A stretch of DNA of 27,476 nucleotides from a virus (IMGVR_UViG_3300028962_000002), one strand, 5' to 3'. Positions 9,107-17,580 are shown, counted from the stretch's first letter. Notes: generated from the sequence alone by a model not told the origin. A program made the numbers and translations.

Positions 9107-11018
9107 TCACTCCTCCGGACAGCTTCGCTGCCAGTTCTTTAAGGGTTGGCCGGGTCGTCTCTTCTTCCCGGGATTTTGCCAGTACAGCCAGATCAAGCTG
9201 CCAGCGTTGCACGGACACACGTAATGCCGCGTAGGCATACACCAGGCAGTCCAGCGCTTCGTTACGCCGCTTTTTGTTATCCCACAGCAGACGCATCTTT
9301 CCTTTTTCCCACTTCTCCACAAGCTCTTCCGCGACCAGTTGCTGCGCCTCTGTCTGCGAAAAAATCTCCGGATCATCAGGAAAACGGATGGCATACGACG
9401 TGGCTTCATCCGCAGGCGTGGGCTCGGCTTTCATACGGGCATAGAGAATTTCTTTTGCGGTGTCCGTCCCCACTTCACACAGATAAACGCCCCGCTGATT
9501 GCGGGTTTTCGGCATGGTGATCACCGGCTTGCCATAGACAGACGCGCCTTTTACCGGCAGCACACGGAAAACACCGTGTTTTTTTGACCTCTGGTAGACG
9601 ATTTCACCATCGATCCCCCCGGTGTCCCAGCAGACACGGGAAATGGTCATTTCGGTGCCATCCGCATGGCGGTATTTTTTGTTGATCGCCGCATCCACAC
9701 GTAACAGCGTCTCTTCCTCATCAGGACGCCCCATAATGATGATTTTATCCACCAGAAAAGCTTCCTCTCCCGGTGCCCATCCCCAGACATACATCTCAAA
9801 ACGGTTTCGCTGCGAGTCAATGCCCGCCGTCAGATAAACCACCCGGGCAGGCACCGCCGCCGTGTAACGCACAACCTTATCCATCAGCACCTGGTGATCG
9901 AGTTTTTCGCCCACGGCCTCTTCCCAGGTCTCGCCCAGCGTGGTGTTCACAAAGGTTTTCAGGCCGTTGGGATCTTTCAGTGCATCCAGCCAGTCATAGA
10001 CTATCTGTACCCAGGTGGTGAACGGACTGTACGCTGTCCAGATATGGAACGTGATGGAGCGCGGCGGCGGAATTTCATTATCCGCGGCGCTGAAAAACGT
10101 CAGACCGTCACGGGTCCACATCCCCGTGTTTTCACAGATCCACCGCCCGTTGCTCTGGTCAAGCTCAGACTGATGGATCACGCAGCCATGATGTTCACAG
10201 AGGTAGAAAACGCTTTCGGGGCTGTCCTTCTCCCATTTAAGGCCAAAAGGCGTGGATTCATCGCCAAATTTCAGATACTGCTCCTCCCCACAGTGTGGGC
10301 AGGGCACATAAAAACGCATGAAATGCGCCGACTCGTTGGCCGCTTTTTCGATCTGGCAGGTGCCTTTGATTTTAGGCGTCGAGCCGCGAATGGATTTGGG
10401 CCATACAGAGCCCTCAATACGTTTATCCCCAAGCAGGGTTGGCGAACCCTCTTTTTCGACATCCGGTTCGAACGAGGAAAGTTCGTCATAGCAGACCACG
10501 TCCACGGATTTTTCACGGTAGTTTTTGGCGGCAGCGCCGCCCAGGCACCAGAAACCCACACCCGATGAAAAGCGTTTCAGCGTGAGGGTATTGTCACGAT
10601 GTTTACGCCCCAGCCATGGAAAAAGGTCTTTCAGACATGGCACATCCCGAATCGTCGCCTCCACGTGAGACTTCATAAAATCTTCAGCGGCAGAATCCGT
10701 GGGCTGAAAAAGCAGACTGTTTCGGGATTTATGCTCAATAAAATACCCGACCACCCCCAGCAACATCTTTGTATAGCCAACACGGGCAGATTTAATCAGA
10801 TTAACAGTCCGGATCTGATCATTCCCCATGCTGTTCATGATGGCGATCTGGAACGGCAGCGTTTTCCATTCTCCCTCACCATATGAAGATTCTTTAGGCA
10901 GATAATAATTTTGATCAGCCCATTCAACTGGCGTCACCGGCAATGCCCTTATCAGGGGCTGTAATGCTGTTGTGACAGCACTCATCATATTATTCAGTTG
11001 TTGCTCTGATATATTCAT
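9090..11018 (-). CDS. A: Terminase large subunit gpA
   Basis: Start taken at MNISEQQLNN (ATG 11016-11018) by alignment to lambda gpA MNISNSQVN; WADQNYYLPKESSYGEGEWKTLPFQ, FMRFYVPCPHCGEEQYLKFGD, WTAYSPFTTWVQIV motifs match; overlaps the Nu1 3' end. Confidence 0.96.
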   Translation of the reverse strand: MNISEQQLNNMMSAVTTALQPLIRALPVTPVEWADQNYYLPKESSYGEGEWKTLPFQIAIMNSMGNDQIRTVNLIKSARVGYTKMLLGVVGYFIEHKSRNSLLFQPTDSAAEDFMKSHVEATIRDVPCLKDLFPWLGRKHRDNTLTLKRFSSGVGFWCLGGAAAKNYREKSVDVVCYDELSSFEPDVEKEGSPTLLGDKRIEGSVWPKSIRGSTPKIKGTCQIEKAANESAHFMRFYVPCPHCGEEQYLKFGDESTPFGLKWEKDSPESVFYLCEHHGCVIHQSELDQSNGRWICENTGMWTRDGLTFFSAADNEIPPPRSITFHIWTAYSPFTTWVQIVYDWLDALKDPNGLKTFVNTTLGETWEEAVGEKLDHQVLMDKVVRYTAAVPARVVYLTAGIDSQRNRFEMYVWGWAPGEEAFLVDKIIIMGRPDEEETLLRVDAAINKKYRHADGTEMTISRVCWDTGGIDGEIVYQRSKKHGVFRVLPVKGASVYGKPVITMPKTRNQRGVYLCEVGTDTAKEILYARMKAEPTPADEATSYAIRFPDDPEIFSQTEAQQLVAEELVEKWEKGKMRLLWDNKKRRNEALDCLVYAYAALRVSVQRWQLDLAVLAKSREEETTRPTLKELAAKLSGGVNGYSR

Positions 11019-11499
11019 CGAGTAAATCCGGTAATTTATCCCCCGCCCGCGCACACTGATTTGCCCCCTTCGCAATAAGGGTTTTCAGATGGTCAAGATG
11101 GCGCGGTGTTAAATCAGGAAACTGTCGCTGCATGGATAAAGGGATGGAATCAAGCGTACTGGATAACGCCATTGCCAGCTTGCTGAGGGCAAAAATACAG
11201 AACCCGGTATCAATAAGTTTTCCTTTTGACACCTCATTTTTTAACTGCTGTGTAACAGCCTGTTCTGCTGTCAGTTCCCATCTGGCAATAAGCAATTTCT
11301 CCTCATAGTCGTCTTCGCTATCGCCATCAGGCACATCGTTTTTACTTCTTCTCAGATACGATATGTAAAAATCGCGCCAGGCATCCAGATCCAGTTGCCC
11401 TCGCTTATTCGATATCGGGGCACCCGGCAATTTCTGCAATCTGCGAAGCTGGCGATCGGTCAGACTTAAATGCCTGGCAACTTCAGTCTGCGTAGCCAC
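10990..11499 (-). CDS. Nu1: Terminase small subunit Nu1
   Basis: C-terminal half (...DTGFCIFALSKLAMALSSTLDSIPLSMQRQFPDLTPRHLDHLK...LLDEYI) matches lambda Nu1; N-terminal HTH region diverged; apparent GTG start directly abutting a GAGGTGAGGA purine tract, so the exact start is uncertain. Confidence 0.85.
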   Translation of the reverse strand: MATQTEVARHLSLTDRQLRRLQKLPGAPISNKRGQLDLDAWRDFYISYLRRSKNDVPDGDSEDDYEEKLLIARWELTAEQAVTQQLKNEVSKGKLIDTGFCIFALSKLAMALSSTLDSIPLSMQRQFPDLTPRHLDHLKTLIAKGANQCARAGDKLPDLLDEYIRATTE

Positions 11500-11540
11500 T
11501 CCTCACCTCGCAAAAACTCTCACTTCACAATCACAACAAA

Positions 11541-11646
11541 ACCGGTCATGTCCGGCTTACATGTCTATTTTTTGTGCATGTCCGGTTCACAGAAGACCTC
11601 TTTTTTTATTTTTCATATAGTTAACTTGAAGAGAAACCGGACATGG
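11541..11646. promoter_or_regulatory. cosB-like terminase binding region: three copies of a CCGGACATG motif with an AT-rich segment between them
   Basis: Motif at 11636-11645 (accggacatg), inverted at 11577-11586 (catgtccggt) and 11546-11555 (tcatgtccgg); AT-rich block 11600-11630; sits between cosN and the Nu1 start, as cosB R sites and the IHF site do in lambda. Confidence 0.6.
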
Positions 11647-11682
11647 TTCCCGGAAAATTTTCATAAATAGCGAAAACCCGCG

Positions 11683-11694
11683 AGGTCGCCGCCC
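11683..11694. other. cosN 12-nt cohesive end (reverse complement of lambda GGGCGGCGACCT)
   Basis: Window sequence aggtcgccgccc; flanking tcataaatagcgaaaacccgcgaggtcgccgccc is the reverse complement of the lambda left end GGGCGGCGACCTCGCGGGTTTTCGCTATTTATGA. Confidence 0.93.
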
Positions 11695-11842
11695 CGTAAC
11701 CTGTTGGATCGACGGAAAGGACCCGAAAACGAGAATAATTATCACTTACAGCAAGAATCGAATCTGATCTATTATGGTGCTTGCTATTATGTGCCGGCAC
11801 AAGTGCGTCGTTTACCGTCATTTCACACAGAGGCATCATCAA

Positions 11843-12094
11843 ATGAAAATCAGAAATATTCTCGCTATCTCCCTTGCAACATCATCCTTCAGTTGCCTGG
11901 CATTTAAATCCTCGCCCAATGTGCTACCAGGACCAACGAATCAACTAACTGCGGTAGAAAGTAAAATTATCGGACATTTTTATGCCCCACACAGTGCATT
12001 ACCCGGAACAACCATCACAGGGACATGTGACGCCTCCCCCGTCCCGGGATGCACCTGTCCGTTTTGTACTATGCTGCGTAGCCAAAACCGATAA
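11843..12094 (+). CDS. Hypothetical small Cys-rich protein with N-terminal signal-peptide-like segment
   Basis: ATG preceded by GAGG; MKIRNILAISLATSSFSCLA hydrophobic leader; opposite strand to the late genes, in the bor-like slot next to cos. Not recognised. Confidence 0.4.
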   Translation: MKIRNILAISLATSSFSCLAFKSSPNVLPGPTNQLTAVESKIIGHFYAPHSALPGTTITGTCDASPVPGCTCPFCTMLRSQNR

Positions 12095-12155
12095 CATCCG
12101 CATTTACCTGGTATTACATGATGAGTTCACGCAGCGACTGATAGAGGAAGGAAAG

Positions 12156-12335
12156 ATGGTTAGTAAAAGCAAGGCGCATTGCCGCCGCATGCTGCAGGCA
12201 TTGCAACAGACGAGAGCAGGTATTTTTGACCAGTTGGAAAACTGCCAGCATACTTTGCCCGAGTATATCGCCATCTCATCGGAAACCAGTGCAACTCTTA
12301 TTCATCGGGTTCCACCAGAGAAAAAGAAGAAATGA
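12156..12335 (+). CDS. Hypothetical 59-aa protein
   Basis: Strong RBS AGGAAGGAAAG directly before the ATG (MVSKSKAHCRRMLQALQQ...); followed by a hairpin at 12342-12367. Not recognised. Confidence 0.45.
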   Translation: MVSKSKAHCRRMLQALQQTRAGIFDQLENCQHTLPEYIAISSETSATLIHRVPPEKKKK

Positions 12336-12341
12336 ACAGTG

Positions 12342-12367
12342 AGGCGTTGTGTGGCATACAACGCCTT
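12342..12367. terminator. Candidate bidirectional intrinsic terminator
   Basis: Stem aggcgttgt / acaacgcct with a 7-nt loop; T/C-rich tract after it on the plus strand and a T-rich tract after it on the minus strand (downstream of the TonB-C lipoprotein gene). Confidence 0.4.
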
Positions 12368-12457
12368 CTTCCATCATTCCTCGTCAGCCATGACAAAAAT
12401 ATAACCGCTGGCTCTTTCATTTTTCTCCTGCGTCCAGCCCCTCTCTACCTGGAAGCA

Positions 12458-12784
12458 TCAAGGACGTGACGGCGTAAAGATAAATTGTCTCTTCACTCCC
12501 TGACAGGGGCGATTCTTTTCAAATCGCCATTTCGCCATGGCCTTCACCACTTCATCACGAAACAAATTATGAGGCTCTGAGCGGAGAAAAACGATCCGTG
12601 TCACAGTCCCATCAGCACCAATATCGAACTTAACCTCAACCAGCCCCTTGATATAATTTGCTGCAGCATATTCCGGATATCGTGGATACACCGTCACTAA
12701 TTGCCGGGGCTCATCAGCTTTTTGCTGCGAGCATCCCACTGCCAGGACAGATAACAGAAAAAGTAGTAAAAGGCGTCTTTTCAT
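12458..12784 (-). CDS. Lipoprotein with TonB C-terminal-like domain
   Basis: Start MKRRLLLLFLLSVLAVGC has a lipobox (LAVGC) and an AGGA RBS; mature part VTVYPRYPEYAAANYIKGLVEVKFDIGADGTVTRIVFLRSEP...FRDEV...AMAKWRF resembles TonB_C domains; downstream of Rz/Rz1. Confidence 0.65.
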   Translation of the reverse strand: MKRRLLLLFLLSVLAVGCSQQKADEPRQLVTVYPRYPEYAAANYIKGLVEVKFDIGADGTVTRIVFLRSEPHNLFRDEVVKAMAKWRFEKNRPCQGVKRQFIFTPSRP

Positions 12785-13094
12785 TTTTATTCCTACGGGT
12801 CTTATTCTGACAATATATCCTGTGTTCCAGACTGCCACATCACCACATCCTGTGCCATTATCTGACTCACATTACATACATCGCATCGGGATACAGTAGT
12901 AGCACTTTCTGTAATACAGCTTCCTGTTTCTTCCACCATCGCACCGGGATAAACCCGCGAATCATTAACGCGGTAAAAACCCGGTGTGCATCGTTTTTAA
13001 TTATCCCCGCACACTCGCGCAGAGGAGTCTCCCTGTCGGGCTGCGGTCTCTGTTAATGAGGGAATATAGCGACGATACGGCGCATCAACAAAAC

Positions 13095-13568
13095 TTATTT
13101 CAGGCACTGAGTGCGGATATAGTCCTGTGCCCCTTCCAGTTGCTTGTGCATCGTCATCAGCCGCTCTCTGAGGGTGAAATAATCCCGTGTAACGGTGTCT
13201 GCCAGTTGGGGGCCGGTTGCATTATCCACGCCGGAGGTGGTGGGGGCTTCACGCACGGAGCCTGGACAGGTGGCGTTGATCCGCAGGCGCTTACGACCAG
13301 CGGCAACGTCAGCGCGAAGAGTTTCATTTTCAGCTCTCGCATCGGCTAATTCCCTCGAGTATTTTGCATCGAGCGCAGCAACATCGCGCTGGCGCACCTG
13401 CATATCAGTAATGGTTGCGTTCGCCAGCTTCAGTTCACTGGCTTTGTTATCGCGCTGCGCTTTGTAGGTAATCGCGTTATCACGGTAATGGTCTGTTGCC
13501 ATCCACAGCGCACCACAGGCCACCAGCAGAATAACGATAAACGCGGAAAGCATTCGGTTTATGTTCAC
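13095..13568 (-). CDS. Rz: Spanin inner-membrane subunit Rz
   Basis: [52 protein letters not shown]...[19 protein letters not shown] is near-identical to lambda Rz. Confidence 0.93.
   Translation of the reverse strand: MNINRMLSAFIVILLVACGALWMATDHYRDNAITYKAQRDNKASELKLANATITDMQVRQRDVAALDAKYSRELADARAENETLRADVAAGRKRLRINATCPGSVREAPTTSGVDNATGPQLADTVTRDYFTLRERLMTMHKQLEGAQDYIRTQCLK
13157..13342 (-). CDS. Rz1: Spanin outer-membrane lipoprotein Rz1, embedded in Rz in the +1 frame
   Basis: ...[47 protein letters not shown] matches lambda Rz1, including the proline-rich core and lipobox. Confidence 0.88.
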   Translation of the reverse strand: MRELKMKLFALTLPLVVSACGSTPPVQAPCVKPPPPPAWIMQPAPNWQTPLHGIISPSESG

Positions 13569-13696
13569 CCCAGCAACCCCGACGAAGACAACATCATCCA
13601 GGCCATGGAAAGAAAAAGAGCAACCAGCATTAGTGAAAATGAAATGCCGACAATTACACAGAGGATCTTCGCCAGCGTTATGAGTTTGTCTGACAT
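13565..13696 (-). CDS. Hypothetical 43-aa single-pass membrane protein, translationally coupled to Rz
   Basis: ATG at 13694-13696 with a GGGAGGA RBS; [35 protein letters not shown] has one hydrophobic helix; its stop overlaps the Rz start. Confidence 0.5.
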   Translation of the reverse strand: MSDKLITLAKILCVIVGISFSLMLVALFLSMAWMMLSSSGLLG

Positions 13697-13710
13697 GCTT
13701 AATCCTCCCT

Positions 13711-13857
13711 TCACGATTTCAACGCAATGACCAGTTTTGCCAGCCCATACAGCATCGGGGACACAGCAACACCGACCGCCACCCACTTAATGGCAAAAGC
13801 CAGTGCTCTGCTGATGTCATCAGTTACAGGCGCTTTCAGTTCAAGGCCATTTTTCAT
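13711..13857 (-). CDS. Hypothetical 48-aa protein with C-terminal hydrophobic segment
   Basis: Start [11 protein letters not shown]... chosen for its GAGG RBS; lies between endolysin and Rz; the longer upstream in-frame start (13926) lacks a clear RBS. Confidence 0.35.
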   Translation of the reverse strand: MKNGLELKAPVTDDISRALAFAIKWVAVGVAVSPMLYGLAKLVIALKS

Positions 13858-14049
13858 AGTCAACCTCAACAGAATTCGTTTACACTTCGCCATGTTCTCC
13901 CTTGCCTTACTCAAGGTCAGAAACACAAAACCTCGCTTGGTGCCAACAAACGGGGTTTTTACTTTTATTCACTTACGTTTCGCCAGTTCGCAGGATTTCG
14001 TGTTATCCGCCCGCGTGGCCATTCCTCATTTTTCAGCAAAATATTCTGC

Positions 14050-14583
14050 TTATCTGTCGATACCCCAGCACGCCAGCGCGCTCTCCTGGTCACGACGGGA
14101 TACCTGACCGTAACAGTTGTTTGAACGAATACGGCAGTCTCTGCCACCGTCCTTAATCCACCAGCGAATCGCTTCGCAGGCACCTTTTCGATCACCAGCA
14201 TTAATTCGTCTGTAAAACGTCGACGGGAAACACTTACCGGGACCAATGTTGTACGGACAGAATGACGCGATCCCCGCTTTCTGGGGTTCGGTCAGCGGCA
14301 CTCTGATGTTTTTCTCCACCCACGCCAGCGCTTTATCACGCTCAATGGCGTTAACCTGGTCGCATTTTTCCTTCGACAACTTCATGCCCGGAACGACAGG
14401 TTTGCCATCCACCATGATGGCACCACGGCAGATGGTCCAGATACCTGCACCATCACGGTATGCCGTGGTGTGGTTGCCTTCCTTTTCATCCAGAAACTGG
14501 TCGAGAATGTCAGGCGCAGGCGCACCAGCGGCAATCAGCGCCAGAACGGCAGCCGACAGGCCGTATTTGATTTTGGTGTTCAT
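14050..14583 (-). CDS. R: SAR endolysin (T4-lysozyme-like, GH24) with N-terminal signal-arrest-release segment
   Basis: N-terminal Gly/Ala-rich weakly hydrophobic segment YGLSAAVLALIAAGAPAP; catalytic region DEKEGNHTTAYRDGAGIWTICRG (Glu, then Asp, then Thr); P21 R-like architecture directly after the pinholin. Confidence 0.88.
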   Translation of the reverse strand: MNTKIKYGLSAAVLALIAAGAPAPDILDQFLDEKEGNHTTAYRDGAGIWTICRGAIMVDGKPVVPGMKLSKEKCDQVNAIERDKALAWVEKNIRVPLTEPQKAGIASFCPYNIGPGKCFPSTFYRRINAGDRKGACEAIRWWIKDGGRDCRIRSNNCYGQVSRRDQESALACWGIDR

Positions 14584-14619
14584 GGATATATTAAATATTC
14601 AGCCGCTGTCCCTGGCCCA

Positions 14620-15513
14620 CTAAATACGCACTTTAAGATAAGTCAGCCCCGGATGAAGCCAGTAAGCCGGCCCTTTTTTAAAGGGTGGAGTATTAAAATC
14701 ACGAAGAAGAGCCTCCCGCACAATTGCATCCTTATCAGCACCACTGGCCAGCGCTTCAATCTCAGCGGCTACCTGAAGATATCCCATGCAACGGCCAACG
14801 CGCTTCATCAGCCCCTGCTTTTTATTGTTCTTCAGGTAATCAATGGCAAATTCAATGAGCTCCTCACTGTGCTGGTGCGATGGAGGTGTTACTTTCCCAT
14901 TTTCTGAGATGGTTATTTTCCCAGCATCACCGGATACAACAAAGGATGGCCGGTTACACTCCCATTCCGGGTCACTGAAATTATCATTATGAATACTGAA
15001 ACACTCTGCGAGATTTCTGCTCATCACTTTCCGACAATAATCGTCAAACGCAGCAAACTGCTTTTCATCGCCAGAAGGCACCAATATCGACCATTTCTTA
15101 TTCAGCTCAACGACGTAGCTCTCCAGTTTTTCAATACGTGATTCAACATCATCTTTTTCTGACCGCAGTGTTGACGGCGGCATCTTCAGAGAACAAGTAA
15201 TTCTTCCCGGTAGCTTTCCTTTGTAGGTTATCAACACATCCTGCGCCTCTAAAATTACGGGGCGCTTTTCCGGCAACGGTTCGTTCCATTCACATAACCC
15301 GGCAGCAACATCCATGAAAAACTGCTTCGCCTGCTTTTTCGCCTCAGCTTCGTAAAACTCCAGCGTGGCACCTTCAGTACGGTCAAGACTAATCGCCACA
15401 TCTGGCAACAACAGCGACGCTTGCCCGTCACCTTCCGACTTCACAGTAACAGTAACCTTATCCCCGTAATTATTTATCCCCTTAACAACCAGTTCATATT
15501 TTTTATTCATCAC
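14620..15513 (-). CDS. Hypothetical 297-aa soluble protein inserted between holin and endolysin
   Basis: ATG overlaps the holin stop (coupled); long uninterrupted frame; no transmembrane segment; no motif recognised by eye. Confidence 0.7.
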   Translation of the reverse strand: MMNKKYELVVKGINNYGDKVTVTVKSEGDGQASLLLPDVAISLDRTEGATLEFYEAEAKKQAKQFFMDVAAGLCEWNEPLPEKRPVILEAQDVLITYKGKLPGRITCSLKMPPSTLRSEKDDVESRIEKLESYVVELNKKWSILVPSGDEKQFAAFDDYCRKVMSRNLAECFSIHNDNFSDPEWECNRPSFVVSGDAGKITISENGKVTPPSHQHSEELIEFAIDYLKNNKKQGLMKRVGRCMGYLQVAAEIEALASGADKDAIVREALLRDFNTPPFKKGPAYWLHPGLTYLKVRI

Positions 15514-15514
15514 T

Positions 15515-15730
15515 TTACTCTCCCCGCGCCGCCTTACGCCGGTCCTCTTTGATTTTGAAATACAGGTTAGTCAGATATGTCAGCAGCCCAAACAGCAGAC
15601 TCCCCAGCACGCCTATTGCCGCCCACTGAGACGGGGAAACCCTGTCCAGCAACTGCAGGAACCAGTAGCCCGTTCCCACCGCTGACGTGGTGTATGACAC
15701 ACCTGTTGTGATTTTTTCCATCTGGTACAT
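15515..15730 (-). CDS. S: Pinholin (phage 21 S-like class II holin), dual-start motif MYQM
   Basis: [71 protein letters not shown], 71 aa, colinear with phage 21 S71 and with the same C-terminal tail; a second Met at codon 4 corresponds to the S68 start. Confidence 0.9.
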   Translation of the reverse strand: MYQMEKITTGVSYTTSAVGTGYWFLQLLDRVSPSQWAAIGVLGSLLFGLLTYLTNLYFKIKEDRRKAARGE

Positions 15731-16037
15731 ACCCCGTCTCCCGTTATCCGGAAGCTGACAACAATAAAAAAGCCACCAGTTAAGTACTGATGGCTCTGAT
15801 AACTCATGCAGGCGTCTCAGACGACCCACTGACACTACCGGTGAGTTTAACGATACCTTCCATTTGACTGGCTCACTTTTTATGATGATGCCGGTGCATT
15901 TATCTCCAGCACCAGACTTTCTATCTCAACGCCATACGTTGCATTTTTGGTAATATCCGTCAGCGTCAGTGCATTTAGTCCCACTGCCAGACCGTCTTTT
16001 ATGGCCTGGAATGCCGGGCCAGTACGATGACGTAGTA

Positions 16038-16241
16038 TCACTCCGGCTCAGTTGCACCACTGACCACCACATCACCTTCTGCTGCAATCGCCTGCATCAG
16101 GGTATAAGGGGTTATGGCCACCGGACTACCAAACGGCTGCCAGCCCTCTTTCAGTTTATGTGTCAGCTTTTCCGCAAGATCTGACGGCGACGCCGCCCTG
16201 ACAACATCATAGTGTTTAAATGCCATGGTTCTTTCCACCAT
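16038..16241 (-). CDS. Small hypothetical protein (DUF1737-like), late operon
   Basis: 67-aa ORF ...MAFKHYDVVRAASPSDLAEKLTHKLKEGWQPFGSPVAI...; the family name is from memory; true start may be the internal MAFKHYD. Confidence 0.55.
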   Translation of the reverse strand: MVERTMAFKHYDVVRAASPSDLAEKLTHKLKEGWQPFGSPVAITPYTLMQAIAAEGDVVVSGATEPE

Positions 16242-16486
16242 CTGAAAAATGATTCTTTAAAATACCTGACATGTAATACAGAAAAAACACAAAACCATAC
16301 CTTAAATAAAAACCTCATCATCAAGCAGATATGCATGGATAAACTACAAGACGAGATATAAACCACCCTGCATTTAAATAAACAATAAACAACATCAGAA
16401 AAATAATTCTGCTCTATGGTTTACAATCAAAAATATCATTTATACTTTTCAGAACATCACCAGCAAGGCATAAACAAGGAAACTAA

Positions 16487-16822
16487 ATGAAGTGGATTGT
16501 GATTGATACAGTTATCCAGCCATCATGCGGAATATCTTTTTCAGTCATATGGAGTAAAATAAAATTAATAATCTGGTATCAATCGGATGCTTTCTTACCT
16601 CCTGAAAGTATATTTACACTGACTCACACAGGTATCATGCTCAATAACAAAGTGCTACCTGTAACCATTTACAACGTAGTACCATTCAATAAAACATTCT
16701 GGAATTTAATCAAAAACAGCCAGGAATGCCCTACAAATACAGATAACGTATTGAATGAATGCTTTAATAACCGTTGCACTCTGCAAATATGTCCTTATGG
16801 GCTAAAACAACAAAGTCCATAA
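16487..16822 (+). CDS. Hypothetical protein in an AT-rich moron island, opposite strand to the late genes
   Basis: AAGGAAA RBS before the ATG; region 16250-16850 is strongly AT-rich compared with the flanking phage DNA; 111 aa, Cys-containing. Not recognised. Confidence 0.5.
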   Translation: MKWIVIDTVIQPSCGISFSVIWSKIKLIIWYQSDAFLPPESIFTLTHTGIMLNNKVLPVTIYNVVPFNKTFWNLIKNSQECPTNTDNVLNECFNNRCTLQICPYGLKQQSP

Positions 16823-16857
16823 GGAGTTTACTCACATCTGACAAAATCAATATAAAC

Positions 16858-16879
16858 AGCCCCTCCGGAGAGGGGCTGG
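16858..16879. terminator. Perfect 9-bp GC-rich hairpin (cagcccctc-cgga-gaggggctg), candidate terminator
   Basis: Stem-loop read directly; on the minus strand it is followed by a T-rich but interrupted tract (TTTATATTGATTTTG). Confidence 0.35.
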
Positions 16880-17178
16880 AGAGTGGCGCTATGTGCCATT
16901 GCATGGTGCCGGGTGCCTCCCGGTGAATTCAGTACCAGCACCTGAATCCGCGATTATCCCATATACCTACTCGCTGATTGCCCCTCCGCACAGGGGGATT
17001 CACCATGCCAGTTTCTTTTAACAAACTCCCCGCAAACCAGACAACAGTCAACCGCCTGAATTGTGAAGTATTTAAAAATTTCTCCCGCTAACTGATACCC
17101 GGCTAACAGTCTGGCGTTTTCTTTTTCAGCAACGGGAAAGCAACAACCACCACACCCACCAGCCGCCCATTTACCACA

Positions 17179-17206
17179 AATAAAAAAGCCTTCAGGACTG
17201 AAGGTG
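17179..17206 (-). terminator. Intrinsic terminator (minus strand) at the end of ORF 17192-17512
   Basis: Hairpin ccttcag-ga-ctgaagg followed on the minus strand by TTTTTTATTT; the ORF stop codon lies inside the stem. Confidence 0.55.
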
Positions 17207-17512
17207 TCTGTAACAACCAAACTGATAGTCTGCCAGACCCGCCATAACAAGCTGGGTCAGTATTAACTGGCAGCGTTCGCGTGAAAGGTAAGTATTCTGT
17301 GCAATCTCCCTGACTGTCGCCGGGTCGGTAACGCTTAATTCATTAAACACCACTCTGGCGGCTTCTGTCATATCCTGCTGTTTTAGCATGTCTTTTTCCC
17401 TTTTCCGGTTAACGTGACATACCAATAACTCTTGTCGAAAAAGCCGGCAAGCTGAAAGACCCGTATTCGCAACCACCAGCGCGTTTACTGTACTGACGCG
17501 ATTTTCGGACAT
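17192..17512 (-). CDS. Hypothetical 106-aa protein, first ORF downstream of the candidate late promoter
   Basis: ATG at 17510-17512 (MSENRVSTVNALVVANTGLS...); no clear RBS, the start abuts the U-tract of the upstream terminator. Not recognised. Confidence 0.45.
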   Translation of the reverse strand: MSENRVSTVNALVVANTGLSACRLFRQELLVCHVNRKREKDMLKQQDMTEAARVVFNELSVTDPATVREIAQNTYLSRERCQLILTQLVMAGLADYQFGCYRHLQS

Positions 17513-17540
17513 AAAAAAAACCACCTGGCGGTGGTTTTTT
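17513..17540. terminator. tR'-like intrinsic terminator just downstream of the Q-like gene (bidirectional A8-hairpin-T6)
   Basis: aaaaaaaaccacctggcggtggtttttt: 7-bp stem aaccacc/ggtggtt, loop tggc, flanked by A8 and T6. Confidence 0.6.
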
Positions 17541-17580
17541 CTTACTTTGCCATCACGTACAAAATCGGCAAAATATCAGA

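Noticed and set aside
9894-10568. 224-aa plus-strand ORF
   Set aside because: Antisense shadow of the terminase large subunit gene; no independent support.
15731-15835. In-frame upstream extension of the holin ORF ([16 protein letters not shown]...)
   Set aside because: Phage 21 S71/S68 alignment places the start at MYQM (15730); the extension has no counterpart and no RBS.
15969-16184. 71-aa plus-strand ORF
   Set aside because: Overlaps and is antisense to the DUF1737-like gene; no RBS.
16860-17180. Searched the Q-to-lysis interval for tRNA genes (as in Stx phages)
   Set aside because: No T-arm GGTTCGA(A/T)TCC-like motif or cloverleaf-compatible pairing found by eye; not confirmed with tRNAscan.
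16954-17250. 98-aa minus-strand ORF
   Set aside because: Its start lies upstream of the 17179-17206 terminator, which it would have to read through; low-complexity Gly/Cys/Ala translation; no RBS.
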